The position numbers were made by a program, and so were the translations under genes. The notes beneath the pieces were generated by a model. That model saw only the letters and a program-made list of their open reading frames with translations. It was not told the origin of the DNA and did not search any database. A stretch of 62,710 nt of DNA, the filler included, from Bipalium vagum (Eukaryota), in the NCBI GenBank assembly GCA_037834085.1. It is 3 parts of 3 records of this genome, joined end to end, with 100 filler letters (N's around TTAATTAATTAA, not from the genome) between each part and the next. Parts side by side here need not be neighbours in the genome. Positions count along the whole stretch, not along the records: positions 19,633 to 47,037 come from JBBMKC010090414.1; positions 47,138 to 62,710 come from JBBMKC010159094.1; 1 more part is not named here. One strand, written 5' to 3'. Shown here piece after piece: positions 38,216 through 51,296 of this stretch. How positions within the stretch are numbered: the first letter of the stretch is position 1; each line of letters starts with the position of its first letter.

Positions 38216-39399
38216 TATTGTCTATTACACAATGGTTTTCATGACATCCGTGTCATTTCATTTTTACAGTAGATGTACGGGAAGACAGACTTCAAAAAAG
38301 ACTAGTACACCGGGCTTCACTATATTCCATCGAAAATAATTGGGAAACATTCTTTTTTATATTCTCTGACATTCTCTTCAATTAATCTTTCTTCTTTATA
38401 CGACACCTTAAATATAAAAATGAAGGCCACTTCATTAACATTTAAAACCAGTGGAGAGTGGCCAATAAGTGAGTGGTCTGATAAACTTTTGGACATTGAA
38501 GTCGACACCAAAGGGCTTTCCTTCCCTGATGGTTACCTTCTCCGAGCAAGTGACGTAACTGAGGATTGTTTTAATGTTAAGGAAACAAAAATTAACCTGG
38601 GATCTACAAAAGTCTTGTATGCCTTTAGCTGCTGAGTTGAATGAAAGACAGTTGTGGATTTTCTTCAACAGCTTCGTGACATTTTCATAGAGCTCAAGTG
38701 AATTGAGATTGATTTTGTGGCCATGGCCTATGCTGAGGTATCTGCATCATTCGTTGTATTCTGTCCGATCTTTAATCCAACAAGCAGACCTGATTCTCCG
38801 GAATATGAAAGGCAGCGCATTTCTTTGGATTAGGAATATCTAGGAAATTTGTGTGGATTAGGGTATCCGTAGCATCAGCTTCTTCAATCATCATGTTGAG
38901 GAGAAAAATTATTCTCAGAAAAGCCTTCAAAACTACCCAAGCTCTTCTGATCTGGATCCAATAAGTTGGAGGCCTGAAGTCAGGTTTTCAACTGTTTCGT
39001 CAGGATCGAGATCATAAATTTGTAATTGTTGTAAAGAAGGGTTACGAGTCTCAAGCTGCATACTTCAATGTAGTCTTCTTTTCCCGATTTTTCAATAATT
39101 ATGGTATCAAAAACTGTCCATATTGTTGGAGTTTTGGAGAGGCAGATTCCTTCAGAATCCTTAAGAAATAGGTCGCTAAAACTAACGTTATCAGGTCGGG
39201 TGATGATAGATGATTGCTCTTGCGAATTATTCGGACAATGTCTGCAGCATTAGGTGCTTGGAAGGCGAATGGAGTTGTGGCCTTGACAATATTGTGTCGA
39301 AAAGCAGAATACCCGTTAGCTGGTGGTGGCTTTACTGACTTCTCTTGGAAGTTGTTGTAGAGGTTCGATTCCGATTGGAAGACTGACTTCTATTGAAGT

Positions 39400-39745
39400 G
39401 CTTTTTAAACTACTGTAAATTACACTACTCTATAAATTTATAATTTTTTTGTATCGGAGACAGCATTTTGATAATATAGTGTATTTTTTGTCGTTGATTA
39501 CGAATATGAAGTCTTCTTTCCTGTGGGACATTTGGTTCAGACAAATATACAAGAATTATAACAAAAACAGTGGATTTTAACAAAAAATTTATTATATTTA
39601 CAATGAAACGTTTTCCTGTGAGCTTTTATACTATGAATAATTATGGCATTGTTACGCTTTATGAGTGAGCGGTGGTCTGCCTCTTGCTAGCACTCCATCC
39701 GTCCTGATACCTCTTCTTCATAATGGCTATATCCTGGTGGAATTA
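39400..39745 (-). mobile_element. Second Chapaev3-like 3' end fragment
   Basis: FHQDIAIMKKRYQDGW and a 3' sequence similar to 28840-28980. Confidence 0.6.
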
Positions 39746-41804
39746 TTTAAAAATTCTTACGTTTACTCTTAATATTAAAACAATACCACAATAAAGAAAA
39801 CAGTGCAAAATTTTACAAAGGAGCAGAAACACTGTTCACATTACGTTTTCGTGTTTATGCATAAAAATTTTTTAGTTTGATTATATTTATATTTGTAAGG
39901 TGCATATTTAGTTTTCTTGAGGGATATTGTTTAATAAAAAAAGACTTGCGACAATTCTGAGACTTAGAATTTGAAAGTGAACCGTTTTTTGAGTCCTTTG
40001 TATTTTATTTTATTAATCTTTCACAAGGAACTTTTCTATTACACGACTACTTAAAGGTTTGGAAACCCATGACGAAAAATGGAATTTGAATATCCCAGTC
40101 TTATACAACTGGTTTTATTTTTTTCATTTAATGATTTTGGTGTGCTTGGTGTCTTAATTACTTGCTTAATCAAAATTACAAACAATTTAAGATATTAATA
40201 AGTCTCAAACATTAACTGAATTAAAATGGAAACAAACGATCCAAAATATCAGCAAGACCGACAGCAACATTGGAGTCAGTGATGGGAAATGTATTAAAAA
40301 GAGCACAAATTTGCGAAGACTCTCTGGTGGTCAACATTTAAAGGGGTTCCTGCTTAATCTATTAAATATTTTTATCTTATTCCTCAATCTTACATAAGCT
40401 CAGTTCACTAATTACTTTTACTTGCAATTGATTTAAATGTTTCTTTTCAATCATTGTCTTGTTGTATAGAAATCCTTAAGTCAAAATTACTTAATTTATT
40501 TATACATTTCTCCACATTCATCACACCAACGACTCACCGAAAACAAGACAGCGTAATTGATCACGAAATAAATAAGTGACTGTTTGCCTTTAATATTCAA
40601 ATATTAAACAAAGTAAAAATTAAAATCAAACAAATCAATTATCTGAAATCGAAAACCCAATCGAAGTTCCAATCGAAGTTTTCATCTGAAGAATTCTTTG
40701 TCCATTGATGTTCTTCGTCGTCTTTATTAATATATATCTTAATACACAATCATGAATTTTTACTATTTTAACCATTTTACACATTTATTTATATTGAAAA
40801 CAAGGAAGAGGTTTCTAAGAATCTTGTGGGGTCCCCGACTCTTTATCATTTCGGTTGGATTGTCCAGAGCTAACCCTCCAAAATCTGTGGTGGCTTAAGC
40901 AGAGAATGTTTAATATTTTAAGTAATATATCATTTCATTCACAATCCTAAACGAATTCTTTCGTTTACAATGGTGGAATCCCGTTACCCGATTTCCTCAA
41001 GAATGTATTCATACTGGTGATTGAATTCTGAGGGAAGATTAACACCTGGAACCCATGTGTTCAGTTTCCATTGTTATCCTAACTATTCCCACACCGCATT
41101 CACTCACACATGAAAAAGTTTTGGTATCCATTGTTATAATTTTACATATTACCACGTTTTTTTACATTTCAAATCTGAAAGGGAATGGAACGCGAAAGGA
41201 AAGAAACCAACATTTTCCGGTCTTTATCCAACAAATATGGCATTATATCATTTTCTACAGCATCTCACATATAATCGCTCTGAAATGAAGAAAAAAGGGA
41301 ATATATCCCATCCTTCGGTTACATTGTGAAAGCGATTTCGACTGAAATTTTATCAGCGCTATTCGAAAAGTAATCTTAAATGAACAATTATTATTATATT
41401 ATAAATGAACGCTTTATTATACGTATCGATGCTTTAGCCACAAGAAATAATAAAAGGTGCAATAAGGAGAACATTTGAAAGATTCTGGATGACAACATTC
41501 GATTAGAGCCAAAAGGAAAGTCAACAGATAAGACTTGTTATTAATTTCCCTAACTGTAATACAACAACATTTTAACCTTTATTTTGACATTGTAAAGTTC
41601 TGTTTTGACAAAACTAACGAGCCAGCCTCGTCAATAAGAAATACCTTATTTTCGGAAACTTGGGGTGAAATTTTGATATGGTTTTTTGCATATAAAAGGT
41701 CGTCCAAAACGTTTACGGGCAGTATGAACAATGAATAATAAAGCAGGAGTAACTTTTTAAAAAAATACATTATTATCACAGTGAGGATGTTTATATTAAA
41801 TATA

Positions 41805-42055
41805 TATTGTTAGGATCTATTAACACCACTAACATAATATCGATGTTACATAAATTAATCAATGAAATTATGAATCACCACCATAATTTTAATCTTTGTT
41901 TAGTTGCTTTTATGGAAATGTCAAATGAAAAAATTGCAATTCGAGTCTTGCTACGTCACTACTGGAAGAAAGATTTTTCTGCCGAGAAAACAGTTGCAGA
42001 ATTTGAAGAAGCTTATAATCAATATTTTGCTTCCAAAGATCGTGATTAGTTTATA
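41805..42055 (+). mobile_element. Internally deleted mariner derivative
   Basis: N-terminus MEMSNEKIAIRVLLRHYWKK joined directly to C-terminal EEAYNQYFASKDRD. Confidence 0.6.
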
Positions 42056-42069
42056 AATTTGGATTCTAT

Positions 42070-42342
42070 ATTTGAACAGCGATTTCCACTTTCAGGAAGA
42101 TTATAAACAGGTTTCAGTGTATCGCTAAATTCAGAAATGGTTTCATTAATAAAGTCGCTTTGAAGACTTTTATTTGAAACTCTTTTTCACAACATTGTTG
42201 CAATACTTCCTTCTCTATGATGTGCCGTAGTCCTCTTAGTATTAATTATCTCCGAAATCTTTGATATGGATTTTCGTGCAAGGAACAGGTTAATAATTCT
42301 TTTTCTATCAGCGTCACTTGTTCCTACATTCTTTGTAGCCAT
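42070..42342 (-). mobile_element. IS630/Tc1-like transposase N-terminal HTH fragment
   Basis: MATKNVGTSDADRKRIINLFLARKSISKISEIINTKRTTAH. Confidence 0.45.
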
Positions 42343-43683
42343 ATGATTAGCTAATTACCTTCATTTTAAAAATATATTTGAAGTATAAATAAATAAATCG
42401 CTTACTTTAAAGAATGTCGAAATTAAACTTTACAGTCAAAAAAGGAGGGGTAACGAAAAATATAAAGTCACAGGGTATTTGGTAATTTACTGGTACTTTT
42501 CTTGTTAGAAAATGAGGGAAAATATAGTCAAAATATTGGGAAAAGTGCTACTTACGGTCAACATCCAATCCCAAATGTTTTCATTAATAAATATCGAAAA
42601 AACCCAATTTGGTTTTAATATTTTCAATTTTATGAATACTGAACAGTTTTTCCACTACTATGATGGTTTTTATTCAATTTTCAATTTTTTCATTGATTAT
42701 TGATTTTTCATTATTAATTTTGCAATGCGTCAATTTTTAATTTTATTAATTTTATGATTTTGTTTTATAAATTTTCCATTAGAGTATTATTTTAATAATA
42801 TCTTTGGTTAATATATAAACTAGATGCCTGAAATTTTGAAGGTCGCCTATCGTTTATATAAAGTAAATTTTATAAATTTGGAAAATTTTTTAATTTATTA
42901 AATTCAGAGAACGAAATACGGTCCTCTTTAGGGCCACATTTCATGATTGTTGATAAAAATTTTGACCTATTTCTGACCGACCAGCAGCTTTAAAGAACAG
43001 CTTCACTATGCCGATTCTAGCAGTCAGCTTTGAGTTACTGGCGAGTTACTCTTTCTCAGAGATGGAACCCTTACAAATGTAAATGGATAAAAATGATAAA
43101 TTGAAAATAATATTTAAAATTAAAAAAAACAAGGAAAAAGATAAAATAGAAAAATTACCATTTTATCAAATTTTTAAGGTTTCCAAGTTTATTGCTCACA
43201 TAAAACAATTTTCCTTTGACATTTGAAACTCTTATTCCTAATTAAGAAAAGAACTTATCAAAACATACCGAGCGTCTAAAGGCGAGCAGAATTTCAAATT
43301 AACGAGAATTTTAAATTGCGATTTAATAATTGATTTAGTTCAAATAAACAAATTTGCAAAAATAAATGTAATATTTCTTTAAATCTTTTTACTTATTTCT
43401 CTTTTGGTCAAAAGAATTTAAAACCTTTTTATTTAATATGAATAAAATAACATATGAATATTTCTGTTGGGTTTCCAAAACAAGTCCACCAGAGACGTTT
43501 ATTAAAATTGTTGTGAAAGGGTTATTGGAAAACAAAAATGTAGGAAAATTGCATTTGTTATTAAAGTTTGAAATATTAATATCAACCAATGAAAAGTTAA
43601 TATTTGAATCAATTTTGATTGGTCTATTTTAATATTTTATATTTTTATAGGGATACAGAGTAAGCTTGTCTCATTTTCATGTG

Positions 43684-44416
43684 ATGAAATGGTTTCGGGT
43701 AATTATTTATTTCTCTTGGTTAATGTATGAAGTGCGATTATTTTGTGAGAAACCCTTTTCCCTCTACAATAATACTTGTATGTTTATCACAAATGAAACT
43801 TTAAATTTCTGTGGAGCATGGAAAATATGCACCGACAATCATGGGCGTTTGCCATTGTCGAAAGAAATACGATATTTCAAACCTGGATCAAAGAATGTTT
43901 CATATCACACGAGTATCAATGATCTTTTAAATGAGAGATATATGAATAAAAGTGGATGGGTTCAGGCGGATAGGAGTGAAATGAAGGATATTGATCTATG
44001 GAGAAAGACTGAACCAAATAGCGAAAAAGAAGATTGTGTTTTTTCTCGTTTAAATAGAATCGGTGATGGTTCCTGCAGATATAACCAAAGTGTTCTTTGC
44101 GTTTATGAAGAAAATGAGATTACTCATTCAAGACGGTTCAAGAGAGGTTTGGAAAATATTTTTAATGAAAATTTTGAAGAAGGTTGTTACGAGAGATATA
44201 AAGACGTAAATGATCTGGAATGTTCAATGAGGTATATCGATTGATTCTATCATCAGTCTTTAAATCTATGTCATATTTAGATGCCTGTTGCACCAATTTT
44301 GCAAATCATTCTATGTATCAGATGTGTCTGAAATGTCCTGCGTTTTGTCTATTTACGTTGATAGTTCATTACCAAGATCATACAGAAAATCTGGAACATG
44401 GTCAAGATTTAATTAA
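43684..44416 (+). CDS. Secreted C-type lectin (EPN) with C-terminal PAN/apple-like module, 2 exons (43684-44231, 44281-44416)
   Basis: Signal-like MKWFRVIIYFSWLM; CTLD Cys pattern with WRKTEPN...EDC...DGSC...VLC. A 49-nt phase-2 GT-AG intron joins ECSMR to CLLHQFCKSFY...SCVLS. Confidence 0.8.
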
Positions 44417-44631
44417 AAGAAAAACCTAATGGTTAGGTGAAAGTCAAATACAACTTTATCACTACTTTTAAGCCTGTTCTCTTAATTATATATTTTAGTG
44501 GAAATATAAAACATTGAGAGATTACTTTTTGGTAACCCACAGGAGAATTGAATCATCAATTTCTGAAGAAGGATTAAATATAAGTTTGGTTAGTTAGAGA
44601 CCCATCCCTTCAAATCATAAGACCGCTAGAG

Positions 44632-44632
<1 letters not shown>

Positions 44633-44697
<65 letters not shown>
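44633..44697. repeat. (AAT)n microsatellite
   Basis: Directly visible. Confidence 0.95.
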
Positions 44698-44699
<2 letters not shown>

Positions 44700-44769
44700 T
44701 TTTTCAAATTTTTGATGTAAAATAATCGAGGGTTCAGGAAAATGAACGGTTGAAGCCAACACCGAAGCC

Positions 44770-44935
44770 CCAATATCGAATATCGAATAAACGTAATTTG
44801 ATTTTGATTTTTTTCAATTTGATGAATATTAAATATCGAATATCGAATACTGCAATATCACAATATCGAATAACGAATATCGAACATTAAAAAAAATTTG
44901 ATTTTTTTAATGAAACACTTTGTGACCATATTCGA
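44770..44935. repeat. Clustered AATATCG/ATCGAAT heptamers (hAT-type subterminal repeats?)
   Basis: Repeated atatcgaat units in three clusters. Confidence 0.45.
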
Positions 44936-45539
44936 TGGATTTTTTGATGTGTTCAATTCGTTTAAGATCATCTTTTGGCTTCTTTTTTCCGAAGGGGTTT
45001 CGTAAGCAGCCTTATCAGCCCCAACAGGTCTTTTCACCAGTCATCGGCAGTAAATTGGAAAGGATTAAAAAGAAAATAAAGAAATTTACCTGGTTTTCTT
45101 CGCCAATCTTCAGCTGTGCATAAAAACCGTATGAAAGAAATCCATCGTCTTAACTGCGTCTAAGAGGAACTTTTTATAACTCCCTCAGTCCATCACCTAA
45201 GAGATGTTTCTAAATTACCCTATACCCTAAATCAAAAAAGCAAACAATATCACAGTACAAAAACTAAAAATAAGACCTAGTCCTTGTGTTTTTATCGAAA
45301 CATACTAATAGATGTTCTTATTGTATTGAGTTCTTATAAATAGTTCTTCCAGGAAAATCATAAAAATTAAATTAATCATAAAAAAATCCTTTATTAACGC
45401 ACCACCTTAAAAGATTTTCAATAAAAGTAAAAAGGAAATTTCCATCTCACTGCCCTAACCCTTGTCACCCTCCTACCTTGAGCCTTGCAATCTGGATAAT
45501 TCAGGATATTGATATGTAGATGCGTGAATGCGTGAATGC

Positions 45540-46780
45540 GTCCGGATACAATTACTTGATTCATTCATTGAGAGTTACTTATTAACAATTTTTGTTCTCA
45601 ATCCATGAGCCTTGGGTGTCAAACTACTTCGGGCCATTAGGCAATCCCATGTGTAATCCTATCCTGAACCGTGGAAAGAATTACGATTTAATATAAATAT
45701 ATAAATCAAAGATAAAAATAGGGATACTATAGAGATATTTTTTGCTCTAAACTCGTTAGAGATTTTGCAGAAATCAACTGCACATTGGACAATGAAAAAT
45801 GGAGGATGCTTGGCTCTAGCCTGAGATTTCGTTGGGGACTGTTGAGATATTTTGTGACTTTCGTCAATACCTCTAATAGCTCCCTCTCACCATCATGACA
45901 GTTTCCTGTCATGGGGTCCAACAGATATGCAGCACCAGAAGATTTGTCAGCCAAGAAAAACAACCAGCGCTCCGCATTCCAATGAACTGGCCAGACTATT
46001 TTTTTCCAGTGAAAAAGACTAGCGGAAGGGAATAGTCGATAGAATTCTCCTAGCCTGTTTTGAATCAAGGCTATAGCCGGTCCGGATTGTACATAGGTGA
46101 TGTTATCATCATCTTCTAAATTGGTCTGAATGAAAACTTCTATTGCCCTCCTTCCAAGTCATTCCATATTCTTATCCGCTTCCGTAATTACCGTTTCTAG
46201 TAACTAGGTGGTGAAGGAAGATGGCTTTCTTTCTGGTGCATCCTTGTGTGATTCCAAATTACGAAAAAAACATTTCTGTTAAGGATCATCGCACATAGGC
46301 ACTGATAAATGAGACTAACCATGTGTTTTTCATGATAAAGGCACCTTCGCGCACGATTTGGGGTACTTCTTTGTACATTTTGCACATTGTAGCTCATGTC
46401 TCAAACATCATATTTTCGGAAAGATTGCTGTCGGATAGGTCCATTGAATCTTTAACATGATCCTTCAGACTCTCCTGTCTTTTAGTCGTCTACCTTTTCG
46501 AACGTCTAGTATTTTGGTCATTGACCACTCCGCTGGTGTCAGAGGATTTTTTCGTCCCTTTTACAGGACAACCGAATTCACAAAATTTAGAAACCCCATC
46601 CGTAGCGGGGTTTGGTTTCGTCCTTTTTACAGGACTACCGAATTGGCTTTTAACAGCAATCCTATCGGTATCAGAGTTATTTTCCGTCTCTTTTACAGGT
46701 CTCCCGAATGTTTTGTCTCCTTCGGTGTTGGAGTGTGATGATAACCCATGAAAAAGGTCGGAGTCATCATCTCTAATAAT
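45540..46780 (-). mobile_element. Degenerate element with zinc-finger-like and Ulp1 (C48) protease-like remnants, probably the 5' region of a NeSL-clade non-LTR retrotransposon
   Basis: CAKC...HEKH and QCLC...NHTRMH followed by KKIVWPVHWNAERWLFF...LLDPM. Frames are broken and no RT was recognised. Confidence 0.5.
46520..46715. repeat. Three diverged 66-bp tandem units
   Basis: Core CGTC(C/T)(C/T)TTTTACAGG at 46553, 46619 and 46685; the minus strand reads FG(R/S/C)PVKxT every 22 codons. Confidence 0.8.
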
Positions 46781-47037
46781 AGAAATATATTGAATTATGT
46801 TTTTATTTTAATTATTAGAATCTATTTCTCCTATAGAGTCGATTAGTGGGTGCCCACTAGCTGTAGGTCTCCTTGTCCTACCTATTAAACTTATAATGTC
46901 ATAATCTATTTCTTCTAATTTATTATTAGTATCTATAGGGTAAATATTAATGTAATTTTTATATCGCTGTTCTTATTGCTATTATCTATAATGTTATTAT
47001 CAACAATGGTGGTTTAAGTTTATTATTATTATTATTA

Positions 47038-47137
47038 NNNNNNNNNNNNNNNNNNNNNNNNNNNNNNNNNNNNNNNNNNNNTTAATTAATTAANNNNNNN
47101 NNNNNNNNNNNNNNNNNNNNNNNNNNNNNNNNNNNNN
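47038..47137. other. Artificial contig-joining linker
   Basis: 44 N + TTAATTAATTAA + 44 N, flanked on both sides by (TAT)n. Confidence 0.95.

Positions 47138-47207
<70 letters not shown>
47138..47207. repeat. (TAT)n microsatellite
   Basis: Directly visible. Confidence 0.95.
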
Positions 47208-47210
<3 letters not shown>

Positions 47211-47999
47211 CTTAGTACTAAAATGGAGATAAGACAGAAAAGTATATATAGAAATAATGAATGTCTATTTCATATGAAGGTGTTGCAGTCCATGAATTAA
47301 ATATTTTTCCTCAATATTTTTAATAATTTTATAAATAATAAAATATTATCAAATTTCAAAATTCATGTTAATAATTTTCTTTGAATTTTGAAAATCAATA
47401 TCCTTTCATTATTAAGTTATTGACATATATGAAAAATTTGAGAACAATTCCTTTAAAAAATTAATTTAAAATGAATTATAAAAAATAGATCAAACTAAAA
47501 AATGGTATATTAAGTTTAGGAAAGCTTATGTCGGTTTTAGCTATCCGTTTTTCTAAGTCAAATTAATCGCCATGTCAAATTTTGAAATTTTAAAATTACT
47601 TAAAAGTATTTACAAAAACATTTTTTTAACCCTGAAAGCTTGTTTTATCATTTATAAAATTGGATTAGTGCAAAAATTTATTAGTTTATCCATGTTGCAG
47701 CGGAATTGTTTTCAAATTATATTTTATTTTAATAAATAAAATTTTATTATTATTATTATTATTATTATATATAACGGATATTTCCAAATACTATTCAGGA
47801 TACTGTTAAATAATAACCCCCAAAGAATCTTTAGAGAAATGAAAATGATGATAGTATTTGGATATTAAAATGTTAATAGGTAATAGTATCAAATAGTATC
47901 CACATGTGTATTTTAAGAATGGAGATACTAATTATAAATATTCGTTATATATAATAGAAAGATACATTTTTCAATTAGAGGATATCTATTTTATGTAGA

Positions 48000-48125
48000 T
48001 CCATACCAAAAGTTTTGTACACAGTCCTGTGTTTGGGGTCAAGTAGGTGGTAATCACTCCGTGCCAGGTCTGACGAATATGATGACTTTGTTAGAAATTG
48101 GCACTTCAGTTTACAGATTTTAGTA
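48000..48125 (-). mobile_element. Mariner C-terminal fragment
   Basis: SSYSSDLARSDYHL. Confidence 0.6.
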
Positions 48126-49639
48126 ATATATAGTGATACTAGATATTTATGTGTTAGAGAATGTTCAAAAATTATTTGATCCAAAAATATATGGTAAACA
48201 AAATTAATATCGTTTCTGACTAAATAAATTTTAATATATTTATTGATGAAAATCGATTAAATTAATTACAAATTTTAAAATTCAAATTCAAATTGAATCA
48301 AAATTCTTTACGTATTTTTATTATTATTAATATATCGTCGCTGTTCATAATTTTCAATATAATGTCAGCACGGTCCTTTTTTCTTATCCAACTTACCACT
48401 TTCAAAAATCTGACCTCGCAATTTTCGGACATAGAATTGTTGACATTGAAAGATTGGCATATATCTTCGGCCGTAGCTCATTTCTGCTCCATTTTTTCCA
48501 TTTTGACCCACAACCTTTCATAATTCAGTAATAATAAAAAATTTTGATCTTCCGAAAGATTTGACATTTCTAAATTCTAAAGATTAGCAATAAAACAAAC
48601 ATAATTAATTAATTAAAACAATCCATTAACGTAAAAAGTCATTTATTAAATCTAGTTTTTATGACATGGAGTATTATTATATCAATATACGATATAAAGT
48701 TATGGTATTTTTTGCTAAAAAATTATAATACCCGTTCAGGAGAAATTTAAAGTCTGATGAAGACTTGATTAAAAATGATAAACTAATAATTATTCACTGT
48801 TGATATGAATATTTTCCTCTCTTTTTACTATAATAAGATGTAATATAACAACAATTCCCGTACAATTGAGGAGGATATTATGGAAAGAGCTCAGACATGG
48901 TAAGGTCAAAATCAAAGACATTTTAGCCTGCTTTGTCATAAATTACATATCGTCATTATGCAAAAAATTGCATATTAATATTATTTATATATTTTTATAT
49001 TTAATATATTTATAAATTAATTAATCCATACACACAAATGTGAAATAGAGTTATTATTAATAAAGCAAAAGACACATCCTTCTTTATTTTTATGAGGTGA
49101 CATTTGCAGCAGAAGCTTAATTTGTATTTTGTTGTGCAACCAATGATTATTATAAAAATATTTCATTGGAAATAAGAATAAAGCATTATTTTATTTATTT
49201 TTATTATATTTATTTGTTTTTCTGAATTTTAGTTTTCTTTCACTGTTAATGAATCAAAACTGTATAAATAAATAAAAATCTTAAAACATAATGAAGAACG
49301 ATAAAATATTTCCATAATTCCTTCAATAAATAATAATATTTTTAGTGAAAGACAAATTAAATTATTGTAACATATTGTAATACTTATTTTTATAACCACT
49401 TAGAAACAGGTTAACTAGCTTATTTGAGGGGAGACCGTCTATATTTGCTTATTATGGGCAGAAAATCTTAAGACTACTAAAATGTCAACAGAATTCCAAT
49501 CAGATATTAATATATTCATTGTGTCAAATCACTTAACAATCGATTTATTATGCCCACTGCCAAAAGTAACATGTGTAAAACATTTCTCAACATTTTTTTG
49601 TTTGATGATGTTGATGTTTGATATTGTTCCGAACTTGAA

Positions 49640-49990
49640 CCAATATACCACAAATTAGTTCATTCAACAGCCTTCGTTGATCAATAGGAAAGGTTGCATG
49701 AAAAAGCTTGTCCACATGTTTCTAAGAATAAGCTGCAAAAGTTATGTGGAATAAATATTGAAGTTTGGAGACATCTCCCATATTCGTCAGACCTTGCCCC
49801 GACGGATTTTCATCTCTTCAAGCAATATTGATCATGTCATATCTCGAAAAAACTTCTATAGACCACGAAGGTGTAAAAAAATAACATTTCGGAATTCATC
49901 AGTTCCAGAAGATTTTTATGCAAATGGAATCCGGAAACTTGTATCTCTTTGTGGGAAATGTTTCACAGCCAATGGAAAAATTTTTTTAAA
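49640..49990 (+). mobile_element. Mariner C-terminal fragment
   Basis: HLPYSSDLAPTDFHLF...FYANGIRKLVSLCGKC. Confidence 0.75.
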
Positions 49991-51296
49991 AATTATATAA
50001 CATGTACTTTTTTCAATTTTGAAAATTATGATGTAATCGGACATTTACAATCTAATACACACACAATCTAATAAAAAATCTTAAAATAAAAAACCAGACT
50101 GAAATTATATCACAGAAATTAAATCTTCCACAGGTCAAAGGGTTATATGATTTATGACCTGATGTCAAGGTCTGATTTACTTTCTTCAGGAAAAGAATTT
50201 ACTTATGAGTAAATTTAATAGGGAACATCAAATATTAAATGGTCCAAAAATTTTAATAAAAATTGATTTTAATATATTTCTTTAGGCTTGAGATTATCTG
50301 TGTTTCTACGAAACAAGGGGTAAATCCATTCTAGCATTAACTTCAAACTGTCTCATTCTCCCAAACATATTAGGTGCGATAGTCCCTGGTGTCGGGCTCA
50401 CTTGAGATATCTTTTATATTCCATTGGGTTAAGATCAAGTGATGAAACAGAGATAAAGATAAAACGTGTTCGACATTTAAAAGATTGAAGCTTAAATTTA
50501 CAAATATAACATAACGCAAGTATTAGTACGCATAGATTTTGCACAGGATTCCCCCCAGATAATATGCAATACAACGAAACAGTATTAATAGTCAGAGGAT
50601 TTAGTTTATATTAAAAGAGTATAATTGTACCTGAGATGGTAATTGATATTGTACAAAAATTACTTCAGTCCAAGAAATAGTATCCAATTTCTACCTATTG
50701 GATTGTCGTAGGCAATTAATTTTATCACGCAATCTATTATGAATGAAGTCTTTCTGGGTCACCTAGAAAGACGTTGATTGAGACATGATAAGTAGTTTCC
50801 ATGTTACGAACAATGATGGGGTTTTGAAGAAAAAGTATCTCTTTTTGTCAAAAGTTACATAATCTGAAACATTCTTGTTTTCAGTCCCATGACAAAATTA
50901 GTAAAATTGTGGAAATTATTTTCATTGTTTAACGGTTAGCTTCAATTGAATGTAACAAATGGTCATAATTGTTCTAATAATAATAACTAGGGTTTCATTT
51001 TAAGTATATTTGCTGTATTTCGCATTATGTTACTGAATATTTTACTATTTGGAAGCCAATAAGTTCATTCGCTTTTTAGAAGTGCAATTTCTATACATTT
51101 TTTCAAATTTTGTTTTAATATTATATTTCAAAATTCAAATATAAAATACAAAAATGTGTGTTTCTGGTCATATTTTGTTATAGTACCTCGGTAAAGGAAA
51201 ATTTCATATTATAATGAAATAATTTATTACTTCTGTAAAAAAAGCAGTAAAAAATTTTAGAATATATAGAGCTCATACCTTATCAACTTGTAGTCC

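Noticed and set aside
46520-46715. Regularly spaced repeats resembling a CRISPR array
   Set aside because: Only three degenerate units with a 22-codon period in eukaryotic TE context, and no cas genes.
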